Assembly: GCF_028641065.1 (NCBI RefSeq)
Contig: NC_073401.1
Span: 22,196,001 to 22,260,000, forward strand
Direction: 5' to 3'
Origin: Leucoraja erinacea
Taxonomy: Eukaryota
DNA: 64,000 nucleotides
Shown one piece after another: positions 53,587-64,000 of the stretch. The notes below the pieces were generated by a model. That model was given only the letters and a program-made list of their open reading frames with translations, searched no databases and was not told the DNA's origin. Position numbers and translations under genes: made by a program. Each line of letters starts with the position of its first letter. Position 1 is the stretch's first letter.

Positions 53587-53813
53587 ATGCCCCTGTCTCA
53601 CTTAGAAAACCTGAACGGAAACCTCTGGAGACTTTGGGCCCCACTCAAGGTTTCCGTGCGGTTCCCGGAGGTTGCAGGTGGTTGCCGGAGGTTGCAGGTA
53701 GTGGAAGCAGGTAGGGAGACTGACAAAAACCTCCGGGAACCGCACGAAACCTTGGGTGGGGCGCAAAGTCTCCAGAGGTTTCCGTTCAGGTTTCCTAAGT
53801 GGGACAGGGGCAT
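53587..53813. mobile_element. MITE with ~85-bp terminal inverted repeats (PIF/Harbinger-like ends)
   Basis: atgcccctgtctcacttag...cctaagtgggacaggggcat, near-perfect arms. Confidence 0.85.
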
Positions 53814-54119
53814 TCTTGGTTCTTGGTTCTTGGTTTCTTGGTCCTCCAAAATATTCCAAATTGAATTTAGACTGGAGGTGGCATTACCCGCATCGCAGCG
53901 ATAACTTTCTAAGCGTGAGGATTTTTTTCTCGCTGGGATTTTGTCAACCTCCGGGAGACTAGGGTGGGAGCGGGATGAGGGGCTGGGCTACAGGGAGGCA
54001 GGTGGGTCAAGTCGCTGATATAATGTTTGACTAAACTTTATGACGTATCTTAATTGTTAAATGGTTTCTAGCAGGGGCTATATTCTGAAATTAAGCACGT
54101 CGTTGAATTTCTAACGTAA

Positions 54120-54630
54120 AGCATAAAGTGCTGGAGGAATTTAACGGATCGTGTAGTCTGTGGTGGGAAATAGACGCGCTCGTTTCGGGTCGGGACCCTT
54201 CAAAGAGATGTGGAGGTGAGAACAATATATTAAGTGTTGGGCCGATACAGGGAGGGGGTAGGGTGATTTGCAGATGTGTGTAGATCTTTACAAAGGCTAG
54301 AGGTGAAAAAGGAGACACTAAGGTGTCAGATGAGGAAAGAGGAGGATGAATGAAATGTAGAGCTACAGGGAGGGATGTGAATGGAGGGAGGTGGGAGGTG
54401 GATCAAAGGTGGGATAAAAGGAAACATAGAACTAGGTGATGGAAGGAGCAGGGCGACTGGGATGGTGGGAAATGGTGGCAGAGATTAGTCCGCACCAGGG
54501 TGGGGGCCGCGTGGGTAAGATAGGGAGGGGGGGGGGGGGGGGGGAGATTAGAGAGTTCTAATCTTTAAGACTACCCAAGTATATGATGGATGATATAATA
54601 TAATATGAGATGCTGTTGTTCCAGTTTGTG
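54120..54630 (-). mobile_element. Degenerate Penelope 3' fragment
   Basis: KLEQQHLI remnant, purine-rich tract and terminal-repeat motifs. Confidence 0.65.
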
Positions 54631-57600
54631 TGAGTTATAATGCGTCGTTACATTTAAACAATCATACACTCTGTCGGTTTTTCTCCAAAAATAATTAATG
54701 ATTTTACTTGAAAGAGACAACTCGCTTACACGTTCGCATAGGAGAATATCTTCCTTGCCCAATTGATATTTTTACGGCAGAGATAGATAGATTCTTGATT
54801 AGCACGAGTGTCAGGGGTTATGGGGAGAAGGCAGGAGAATGGGGTTAGGAGGAAGAGATAGACCAGCCTAGATGGGCCGAATTGCCTAATTCTTCACCTA
54901 TCCCCTATGACCTCACCTATTTATTATTTTAATGACTGTACCCATTGATATGTTATTAGATGAATCAAATCACGTTTATTATGAAATATATTGACAATAT
55001 TACTTGTTCAAATATTCTCAATTACTGCATCTTAAATGTAGAACCATCAACTACAAGTAAATCAGACCAGTTTCTCAGCGACCCCAACTCATTCTAGTTA
55101 AAAGCATTCCAGCAATACGGTTTATTGTCCAAGTCAGGTCTCGGCCTCCGACCTGCATGTTTCAACGGCACGTGGACATTTCCAGTGCTTATCATTCATT
55201 TCTAAGGCATTAATTTTAACGAGACAACGATTGTCCTAATTCATAGACCCCCCCCCCCCCTCTTTCTCCCCTCCCGGTTCCCCAATGATGGACAAACTGA
55301 TGTCAACATTTGTGGCAGATATCTGGCGAATGCATTTTTGTATCAATTCTCGGATTTATAACTCTGAATATTAACGGAGAAAGAGCAGCGGGGATATACT
55401 TGGGAATATTTCTATAGTTTGTGACTTGAGCGATTATGTCCCAAGTATCGGTTATTAGCCCAAAGCACTTTTTTTGGGATTCGTTTTCTTTGCTCTGCAA
55501 ACCATTCTGAGGAGCACAGTGTTACTGGGCGGAGAGTTGCGTGGATTTAAATGTTGCCAACATAGGTGCATTGTTGTTGCACTGGACTCGATCTGAACTA
55601 TACCCTCGCCCATGATGCGAAGTGTGAGAAGAATCGGATCTAAGAGCCACGAAGCGCTGGAACTTGCAGCAAAGGGGTTAAAATGAAACCTGCCAGGACA
55701 GATGCGACAACGGGTTAATGAAGCATTTAGATATCATTAGGAAGGAACAATTTTTTTTCTCGAAAGTACTGCGCATCAGTTCCCACGATCTGCTTGTTAG
55801 ATCCTTTCAATTTCATTCCGACTGAATAGAGGCATTGAGGCGGCGCAGCTGTTAGAACCGACCTTCCCTAATCTTCGACGCGTGGGAAAGCAGACTCTAC
55901 CAAACCCCATCACACGCCAGAAGTGGGCTATAAATAGGGACACACTCGCAGATTACATCTGCAACAGGGCACAAGGCCAGATGCGTGCATCGTCAGTATA
56001 TCACGTAAAAAGTCAACAGTGGTCAATGACTTTCACTTATTCCCCGCTGCTGTTCGGTGCTCCCATTGCGTGGATCTCAGCAACGTTTCAAACATAAGGG
56101 ATAGACTTACGTCAGGGTCGACACTTCGAAAACCGTCCATCGATTATTGATTGATTATTATTAATAACATATATCGATAGCCAAACTTTTGAGGACGTGA
56201 TTGGACATTTAATTGTGCCCACGAGACAAATACTGGAATTAAACTTCTGGAAAACATGCTAAAACACGCAGATTCTGGAAACCTGAAATTAAATTTGAAA
56301 AGGCTTCTCCTTGATTAACTCAAAAACTCCATGTTGTTGATAATAATTTCTCTGACGATTGTTTCTAAGACCTCACCTATCACCAATGAAAATCTGACCA
56401 GCCTGTTGCCACTAGGCATGTCCATATATTCGTTTTGCCCATTCTAATCTTTAAGCACCTCCCACAAAAATATGGCAAATTGGCAAATTATTTCAAGCCC
56501 TTATTATATCTGTATACATCCCCTTTATTAACGAACCCCTGATGCAAGGATCGGCCACAAACACACTCTGAGCATTGCCATCTTTTGAGTCCATTCTACC
56601 TGTCACTTGTTACCCCATCCATCAGCTCTTCTGTTGGGAACTGATATTTTAACAGCTTCCGATTCCTTAGTAAACAACAAAACAAAGTGTTTATATGTTT
56701 TCTAGCTTTGCCTCTATGCGTGAGGTGTCTTTTATAATTTCTCACTATTTACATACTGGCAAAGGACTCTTATGCTCTCCTATCTTTAATCACATACGCT
56801 CTCTTTGGCAGATGTTTTCTGCTTCACCTCCCTGCTTCCCTCTGATATTCTATTTCTGTAGTAGGATATTTTTAAACTATGGAAAAATACAATCCATATT
56901 GTGTTTCGAATAAATACATCATAGATTTATCTCCCTTTAGTCCCACATAGGTGTCATTTTTAATAGTCCCCAGAGCGCACCTAATTTTGCTTAGAGAAAT
57001 CACTTCACATGTGTCATATGCCTTTTTCATTTTCATCATATCCTTCAAGGATCTCTGGCTTTGGTTGAAGCCTCACTTGTTGGAATCGACTTAACCTGCA
57101 CTGTAAAATCGTTCTCATTAAAGCTCACTTAATGGCCATTACAATTTTTCCCTGTTAATCATTGGATGCAGGGCCTTCACCTGATATGCCGACCAGCCAT
57201 TTGCCTCCACAGATTCTGCTTAACCAGCTGACTTCTTCCAGCTGTTTGCTTTTACTTCAGATTGCAGCATTTCCCACCACATTGAAATTAGCCCCACTTT
57301 AAATTTAAATTGTACCAAAGTACAAATTGTACTTAATAGCACAGTTTCTTCATTGTTCTACTGTTTCTCCATTAGCAACCCGTACCCGGTCATAATGTCC
57401 AAATGTGTTGTGATGTTCACAGATAGATCATACATAGAAAAGGAATTGTGGATACAATTGTTTATTTGAAAATAAAATAAAAATCATAATTTTAACATGG
57501 AATTAAATTGTGGTACACAATATTTTATTTACAAACAAAAATAATAATATGACAATATACTTAGATCAGCATTGTTACAATGCAGTTAAATATAGAACTG

Positions 57601-58216
57601 AGAATAAGGCCACCTTCCGGTTTCACATTGCTGCAATGCAGATATTCATACATGAGATAGGTAACAATAAGTTGCAATATTATCCAGGAAATATTGGAAA
57701 TGTATAACTCATTTCCACTTTGAAAATGAAATCCAGTAGTAGAATTCCCATCATTTCAAGAGTACTTAAAACATCCAATTAATTTATAGCGGAGTTTTGA
57801 AAAGCTCACTATATTGCAATTCACTGATACACTCGTGTATATCATGATATGTAAACATACATACAAACAACGAACATCCTTTAAAACGATGCAAATATTC
57901 CTCAACAAGAAGACTACCAGCAACACACCAGCGACATTCCTTTATAAAAGAACAACAGGCAGTTCTGCATATAACAATAGGCAGCACAACCACCGAGTCG
58001 ACTGTCAGCTCAGGTATGATTTTCACCATCTACAATTACAGCGGAATATTTACATAATTTAAAATTAAATAAATCATATATTAAAAAAATGTCCATCTCC
58101 TTCAACGAAGAGTGGTCGATGTTATTTCTTCCATTGTAGAATACTGCTTACACCAGAGTACATCCCTGGCGCTTGATAAAACATCCTTCTGGCAAACATC
58201 TGCTGAAGTTAGAATT

Positions 58217-59007
58217 CTACCAGGGTCTCCAGAGCGCCGTGACTTTGGATTTAACTTCCTTTTTGGTGCCCGGTGGACACACAGAAGGATGCACGAGAGA
58301 AGAAATTGGCCTCGAGCCATTGGGCAGATCATAAGCTTTGTGCAAATACTTGACCAGTTTATTCTGAACGTCGATCTTGCTTTCCGGGGCGAAGGTAAAA
58401 TGCTGTATCTCCTGCAGACAGCGTGTGTATCCTTCCTTAAAATTGTGAGTTAGACTCTTGTTGTAGGTCACTGTAGATGAGAAGAAATTGAACAATTTAG
58501 AGGGGCGTTTGCGAGAGAGAGAAAAAAAAACTGACAATGTGGCGCTATTTATCAAACAATAGGGTTTCTATTTAAAAACACAAATTTAATTTAAAGACGG
58601 AAAGTTTATCCATTTTATAGTATTCTTTCAACTATTAATTACAAAAAATACAAGTACCTGTAAACATGCGTTGACTATGAAGTTTCAGGTAATTCACAGT
58701 CATCTCCAAAATGTCAGCTTTTTCCATTTTCATGTTTGGCTCTCCGTTCTGAAACTCTTCCCCCAGCAAAGACTTGAGTTGCCCGATGCTGCTGTTTATA
58801 CGATCTCGGCGTTTCTTCTCCACAATTGGCTTCATTAACTGGGGAAGTACAGGAAACATGAGTTTACACAGAACTCGAAAATTGGCTAAGAATGTTTGCA
58901 CATTTATTTCATTTAAAGGCAAAGCGACTTACTTTGTATTTTTCCTTTCGTGTGGCTTTTTCCTCTGGATGTTGTTTTGGGATAGCGCCAGGCATTCTAG
59001 GAGCCAT
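58217..59007 (-). CDS. HES5: HES5-like bHLH-Orange repressor (copy 2), 169 aa, 3 exons
   Basis: Exons 58933-59007, 58658-58838 and 58217-58470 (GT-AG; phases 0, 1). bHLH MKPIVEKKRRDRINSSIGQLKSLL...EKADILEMTVNYLK, Orange NFKEGYTRCLQE, WRPW-stop. TATAAATA at 59091-59098; AATAAA at 57524-57529. Confidence 0.95.
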
Positions 59008-59090
59008 AGGTTTGGAGGTTGATACCGCGAACACGGTGTGACTCGCCTCGTTCGGAGCGATTGTGCTGGGAGAAGCGAGACCTGCCCCTC

Positions 59091-59270
59091 TATTTATACC
59101 GCTCTCTGCCCACAAGACAGCGTGTGCCTGTTTTTCGTGATGTTTCCCACACTCGCCAGCCAATCATTACTGTCAGGGTGACAACAGCAGAAGCTTTTCT
59201 TTCTAAATGCTGAATTAAGGGCCGTTTTTAAGCTTTTGTCTGTGATCGTCTCTGAGGACCATCTGGACGG
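59091..59270 (-). promoter_or_regulatory. HES5 copy 2 promoter
   Basis: On the minus strand: CAGATG 59265-59260, ATTGG, TGTGGGAA 59151-59144 + 15 nt + GGCACACG, TATAAATA. Confidence 0.85.
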
Positions 59271-62200
59271 CACGCATGACACAGTAAGTCAGAGGAAATT
59301 ACTTTTATCTGAGGTTACAAGACCCTGGGAAAGACTCCCCCGTCATTGTTGAACAGGGAGTTCTATGACAGAAAGTATGCATGTCACTACACCGCTGGTT
59401 CATTCTAAAATAATCTCTCCACTTTAACTTTGAAGAATAAGACCTATGTAATCACAGATGTTTATCTGTGGACGAGTGTCTACTTTCGACATACGGACTC
59501 ATAATGTGAAACGCTCATTTCGAATGATCGATCTGTGTAAGATTATATTTCTTCTCAACAAGTGACATTTCAGGTGTATTCAAACAAGTGCGTTTTCGAA
59601 TTAAATAAAAGCTTATTTCTACCCCCCCCCCCAACTGAGAGAAAAGACTTAAAATAGTGCTTCCCAAAGTGCATTCAATGACCAAGTTTGTCTTGCTATT
59701 AATTAATACGTCAATTAATAATTTATTATCAACGCATCTAATTATTTATCTTTCTTAACTGCAACCTGTTCAAAATGAACGACAGGGCTCGTTAACCTGG
59801 TTGTTAACTAACTGATCTTGCGGCTGCATTACTGGTCAGCGACCTGAGTTCCAATCCGAAGCAGCCAAGGGAATTATATTCAACTATTAAAGTAAATCTG
59901 GAACCTTAAAGGGAGGCTAGCATTAGTAACAGTGATGCTGCTGGATTGTCAATGACAACACATCGGATTCAAATTGGCCCTCGTTACCTATGGATTACAT
60001 GTGACTCCGGACCCATCAATGTGCTTCGAATGACTACTCTGTTCAGGGGCAAGCTGGGAAGGGCAGTGCATGGAGTTTGGAGGACCAAGACACCAAGAAC
60101 CTTGCCAGCGACATCCTCGTCAATCCATTAATAAATACACACTTCAGAAGGAAACACGTTTGCTTTCTAAAATAAATAAAACGGAACAAACATGGGTTCT
60201 GCGAGACTAGATCAATCCCAGCAATCCCCTTCAGGCATTTTATTTTTTGCTGTTGTGTTCACTATTTAGATGAAAATAAATGGATTGTTGTCGTACATTT
60301 GCGCTGCTTGATCTGAAGCATATCATTGTGTATGTTTCAGATACTAAATGTCAGGACGGGATCAGCTAAGTGTATTTACTTACGGGTTAAAACTTGACCA
60401 CTGCGACCCAAACTAAAGCTGAGGATAACGCCCTCATGCACCAGTAAGACAATTTTGTGTCTCGCTATAAATCCACCTGTCCGATGGCACATGCCCGCTG
60501 CAAATTGACTGGGGATTCGACAGATTCATAATAAGGAAATAATCAAAATAACAAGGCGGAAATTTGTTCGCGCTGACATCCAGCAAAGGGACAGCAATAA
60601 AGTATCCAGCATAACAACGCCCCAAACTTCGCACAGCCGATATTTCCGCATCATTATATCGAAGATGCAGTTTGCAGTTACATGTGCAACGTTGACATCA
60701 AAAAGACAAATACGCACATGCAAATTATCACCGTTAGAATATTTTTTTAATGTTTGCTTATTCAGTGGGAAACATTCAGTTGAAATTAATCTCCTCCTGT
60801 ATATTCTTTAATGAATGTGCGTATTTTTGTGAGTAAAAATGTGCTTGTGTGTTTATTTGGGTTCGTTCGTGTATGCATGTGGGTGAGAGAACGAGAGATC
60901 CCAATGATCTAAGCAAACGTGGGAAAGTTTTTTACTCTGCGGTATAGCATTTTGTCAATGTTCCGGATCCGTTTCACCAAATGTTCTGTATCTAGTGTTC
61001 GAATAAATTACCCGAGCCAAGTCTCCGCGAAAAACACCAGCTGCATGCGCTCCCTTTGTGTCTTCACACGTGGGAAAGATACAAAGCTAGCTATCTCAGC
61101 GCCGCCCATAATATCAGGGATCGGATCAATGCACCGAGCGCCAAACCTGCTCTTTCAGCTGCACGGCATTTGTTGTGTGCGGAAGTCAATAGCCAACATC
61201 ACCGTTTCACCTGTATTAAGGCTAGCGTTTATTTTAATATATTCACGCATCGACAACACAATTTCTCAATGCTATAGGTTACATTCTCACACCACGATCA
61301 CTACTTCAGTGCATGTATATTGGAGCTGTCTATTATTTCCGTATCACGTTTCCCCCTTAGGTTTGTGGGTTAAACAAATAGATGAGATTGTTGTGATAAT
61401 CCGGCGCAACTCGGAGTGGTGAGGAAATTGATACTCAGCGAGACAGCTGCTAAATACAGCAGGTGAAACACTCAAAACATTTTAGAAGGAGATTAAACAA
61501 AGATTAAGAGAAAGAGTAACAGATTTCTTTTTGGCAGAACCAGTTTTCCCGCTGGCACATAATGTTTACAGATAATAAAAACACAAAAATGGCCGGGAAA
61601 ATAATCCTGGTTTCACGTCTTGGATATATCGACAAAACTGTGTCTAGAAGCAGCGTGCACCGGCCCGAGGAATTCCAAATGTCAGGATTAGCAGAGTTTA
61701 CATTCTGCAGTGAATAAATAAGTGGAAAACTGGATAGACACGTCACTTTGTATAATTATATAATACTTGTAAAAGTGGCAGTGTGATAGATATATAGCGA
61801 CAGTTTTATGGTCACTACTAGAACATCTGTATCTAAACACAAACGGGCGTCAATAACACGTTTTGAGCATGATTTCCGAATAGATCAAAGGAATCGGGGT
61901 CGCATGCGCCGGTTGGTGCAGATTGATGTAGGTTATGTCGCGGATCAGACTGGTGACATCCACTAAACTGCATTTTCTTCTGGATACGTGGACAGCTTGA
62001 AATGAACCACCGTTGCACCACCAGCACATGCTTTCTGAGGTTATGCGTGATTCTCATCTCACATTGGGTAACACCACCGCTCTCTGTTTATTTACTGGTA
62101 CCCCACGTTGCGAGAAGTATCTAGTCTCACTTTCAGCGAGCTGCCTATGATATGAAATTGCTGTTCAACGGAAATAATCAACCACAAAACTAGTTCAGAT

Positions 62201-62474
62201 TATAAAGAATTAATAAAGGCTACAAAGGTCTGAATTGGGGTCCCGACCCGAAACGTCACCTATCAATTTTCTCCACAGAGTGACCCGCTGAGTTACTCCA
62301 GCAATTTGTGTTTAATTCAGATTATAAAGCCTTTTGTCAAGTGATGCCCATGCAGGTGGTATGTGGACTGCGATTAGGCAGAATTAATGAGTTCAGATTC
62401 AGATTCAGATTCAGATTCAACTTTAATTGTCATTGTCAGTGTACAGTACAGAGACAACGAAATGCATTAGACAA

Positions 62475-62760
62475 CTAGACCAAGGGGGACTCGTTGGGTC
62501 CCGTCCCCTCAACGCACGTTTGGGGGGGGGGGGGGGGGGGGGCGGCCTTCGGCGTCACACACACTAACCACTCTCCACACACATACACTACCACCCCCCC
62601 CCTGATATTATACTAATATTATTCATTCGCTCCTTTTACCCCAACCCCGTCCTATCCACTCACGCATAACCCTCAACTGCACAGGCGCGGCTAGAGAGTG
62701 GGGGGTGGTAATTGAGTGGTGGTGGGCAGAGATTGAAGGGTGGGCGGTGTCATGGGTCGA
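62475..62760 (-). mobile_element. Helitron-like 3' portion
   Basis: Hairpin plus CTAG terminus (actagaccaagggggactcgttgggtccc). Related termini at 11245-11307 (+); a related internal segment at 13313-13357. Confidence 0.6.
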
Positions 62761-62819
62761 TAGTTGGGTCGATCACCCATGCCCCCTGCTGCTAGTAGTG
62801 CAGAAATGTTGCCGACAAG

Positions 62820-63040
62820 GGGGGCTTATGATTGGCTCGAGGAGGGGGCAGTGGCGTGGTCTACTCTGATTAAAAAAAATGCCCTGAAGATTGGTGTTGG
62901 GCGCCCTTTCGTTGAGAGAACCTCAGCATTGGACCGTGTCGCGAACGGTGCCAGGTAATCTTGAACACAAACATCCTGCGGCGTGCTCTGCTGTGTACTC
63001 GGGATTTGCGCGTGTGCTCGGGGATAGTCGGGGATACGTG
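62820..63040 (+). promoter_or_regulatory. Possible CpG promoter / non-coding first exon of a downstream gene
   Basis: Two ATTGG boxes (about 62831 and 62890), CpG-rich, CAG|gtaatc donor-like site at about 62955. Confidence 0.3.
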
Positions 63041-64000
63041 AACCTTATTTAGTAGTGTCATAAATTACTGAGTGAATCAAAACTGTTATCCGACTCCAGT
63101 GATTTATCGAACACAACAGTCAGTTTACTAACATTCTACTTCTCCGTCTTGGTGTATTTATTTTTCTTTTTTTTAACTTGTTCATTGAAACTCTCAATCT
63201 TCCGGCCTACAATTAATATTTGTAATACTGGGCGCCTTTTCTTTCAAGTTGTTCTTAGCCTTAACGTTTGTTAGGCTCAGAGGGTTTAAGCTTCTCATAG
63301 AACCATTGTTCTTCATTGAAACATAACTTTGCTGACATTTATGAGCTAGGTCATTCAATGGCTCCAATTGCTGAGTTACCATTGTACCATTCAATTAATT
63401 TTTCCAGTCTACTTAACACATCTCTGCGCTCATGACTCTGAAGAGTCAATAGAGGCATAGAAAAGTTCAGAACATAAATAGTTTGTTTGGCCCAAAGAGT
63501 TCACATGGAACATTCATTTACACTTATCCTAGATTAATCCCATCTGAAGAAGAGTCGCGTGCCAAAACGTCATATTTCCATGTTGTTGCTGCCTGACCCG
63601 CTGAGTTACTCCAGACCTTTGTGTCTTTTTCTGTCAACCAACATCAGTAGTTCCTTGTTTATCCAATCATCGTTCTATTCTCCCCACATTCTCATCAACT
63701 CCCACCATTACTCAGTTACACATTAGTTACGCAATTTACAGTGGCCGATTAATCCAACAACACGCATGTCTTTAGAATGTGGGAGGAAGATGTGGCACAT
63801 TGGAGGAAATCTAGTCATTCTCAGGAACAGCATGCAAACTCTGCACAGACAGCACCTGAGATGAGGCATAAACTCTGACCTCTGGCAGGTAGTGGCTTGA
63901 CTCGCTGTGCCATGTGAATTTATTTAAATTAGGCCCATCAAATTATCAAATTAAAGAGACTTTTCAATGGAAATTCTGAGAAAATCATAGAATGTTCAAA

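Noticed and set aside
53470-53962. ORFs on both strands
   Set aside because: Produced by the palindromic MITE.
60919-61422. 167-aa ORF (+)
   Set aside because: Begins at GTG, has no recognisable domain or splice context, and overlaps RBPJ/E-box sites; better read as an enhancer upstream of HES5 copy 2.
1-64000. CRISPR array, rRNA or prokaryotic operon
   Set aside because: Eukaryotic intron-containing DNA; no regularly spaced repeats or rRNA signatures were seen.

Overview
Vertebrate genomic DNA with four assembly gaps. The repeat set (CR1/HER1-type LINE fragments, V-SINE-like SINEs, Penelope-derived elements) suggests a cartilaginous fish, probably a skate or ray (inference). Bases 1-9.9 kb hold the CpG-rich promoter and first five coding exons of PPIL2 on the minus strand. 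Bases 14-61 kb form a HES5 cluster with two intact three-exon HES5-like genes (30205-31148 +, 172 aa; 58217-59007 -, 169 aa). Four more loci carry the same Notch-type promoter module (CAGATGG E-box, usually a CCAAT box, then GTGGGAA-N15-cryptic partner site, with or without TATA) but no intact bHLH. One of these (42162-42807, -) keeps a clean three-exon GT-AG structure and splices into an uninterrupted 139-aa ORF in a frame different from its HES5 vestiges. It is the best candidate for an undescribed gene. Other notable items are loss of the diagnostic HES proline in one intact gene, repeated overlapping HES/RBPJ sites, a 775-bp inverted copy of local DNA inside a TSD-flanked CR1, and hammerhead-ribozyme-like cores in Penelope termini. 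All alignments were done by eye, and repeat boundaries are approximate.
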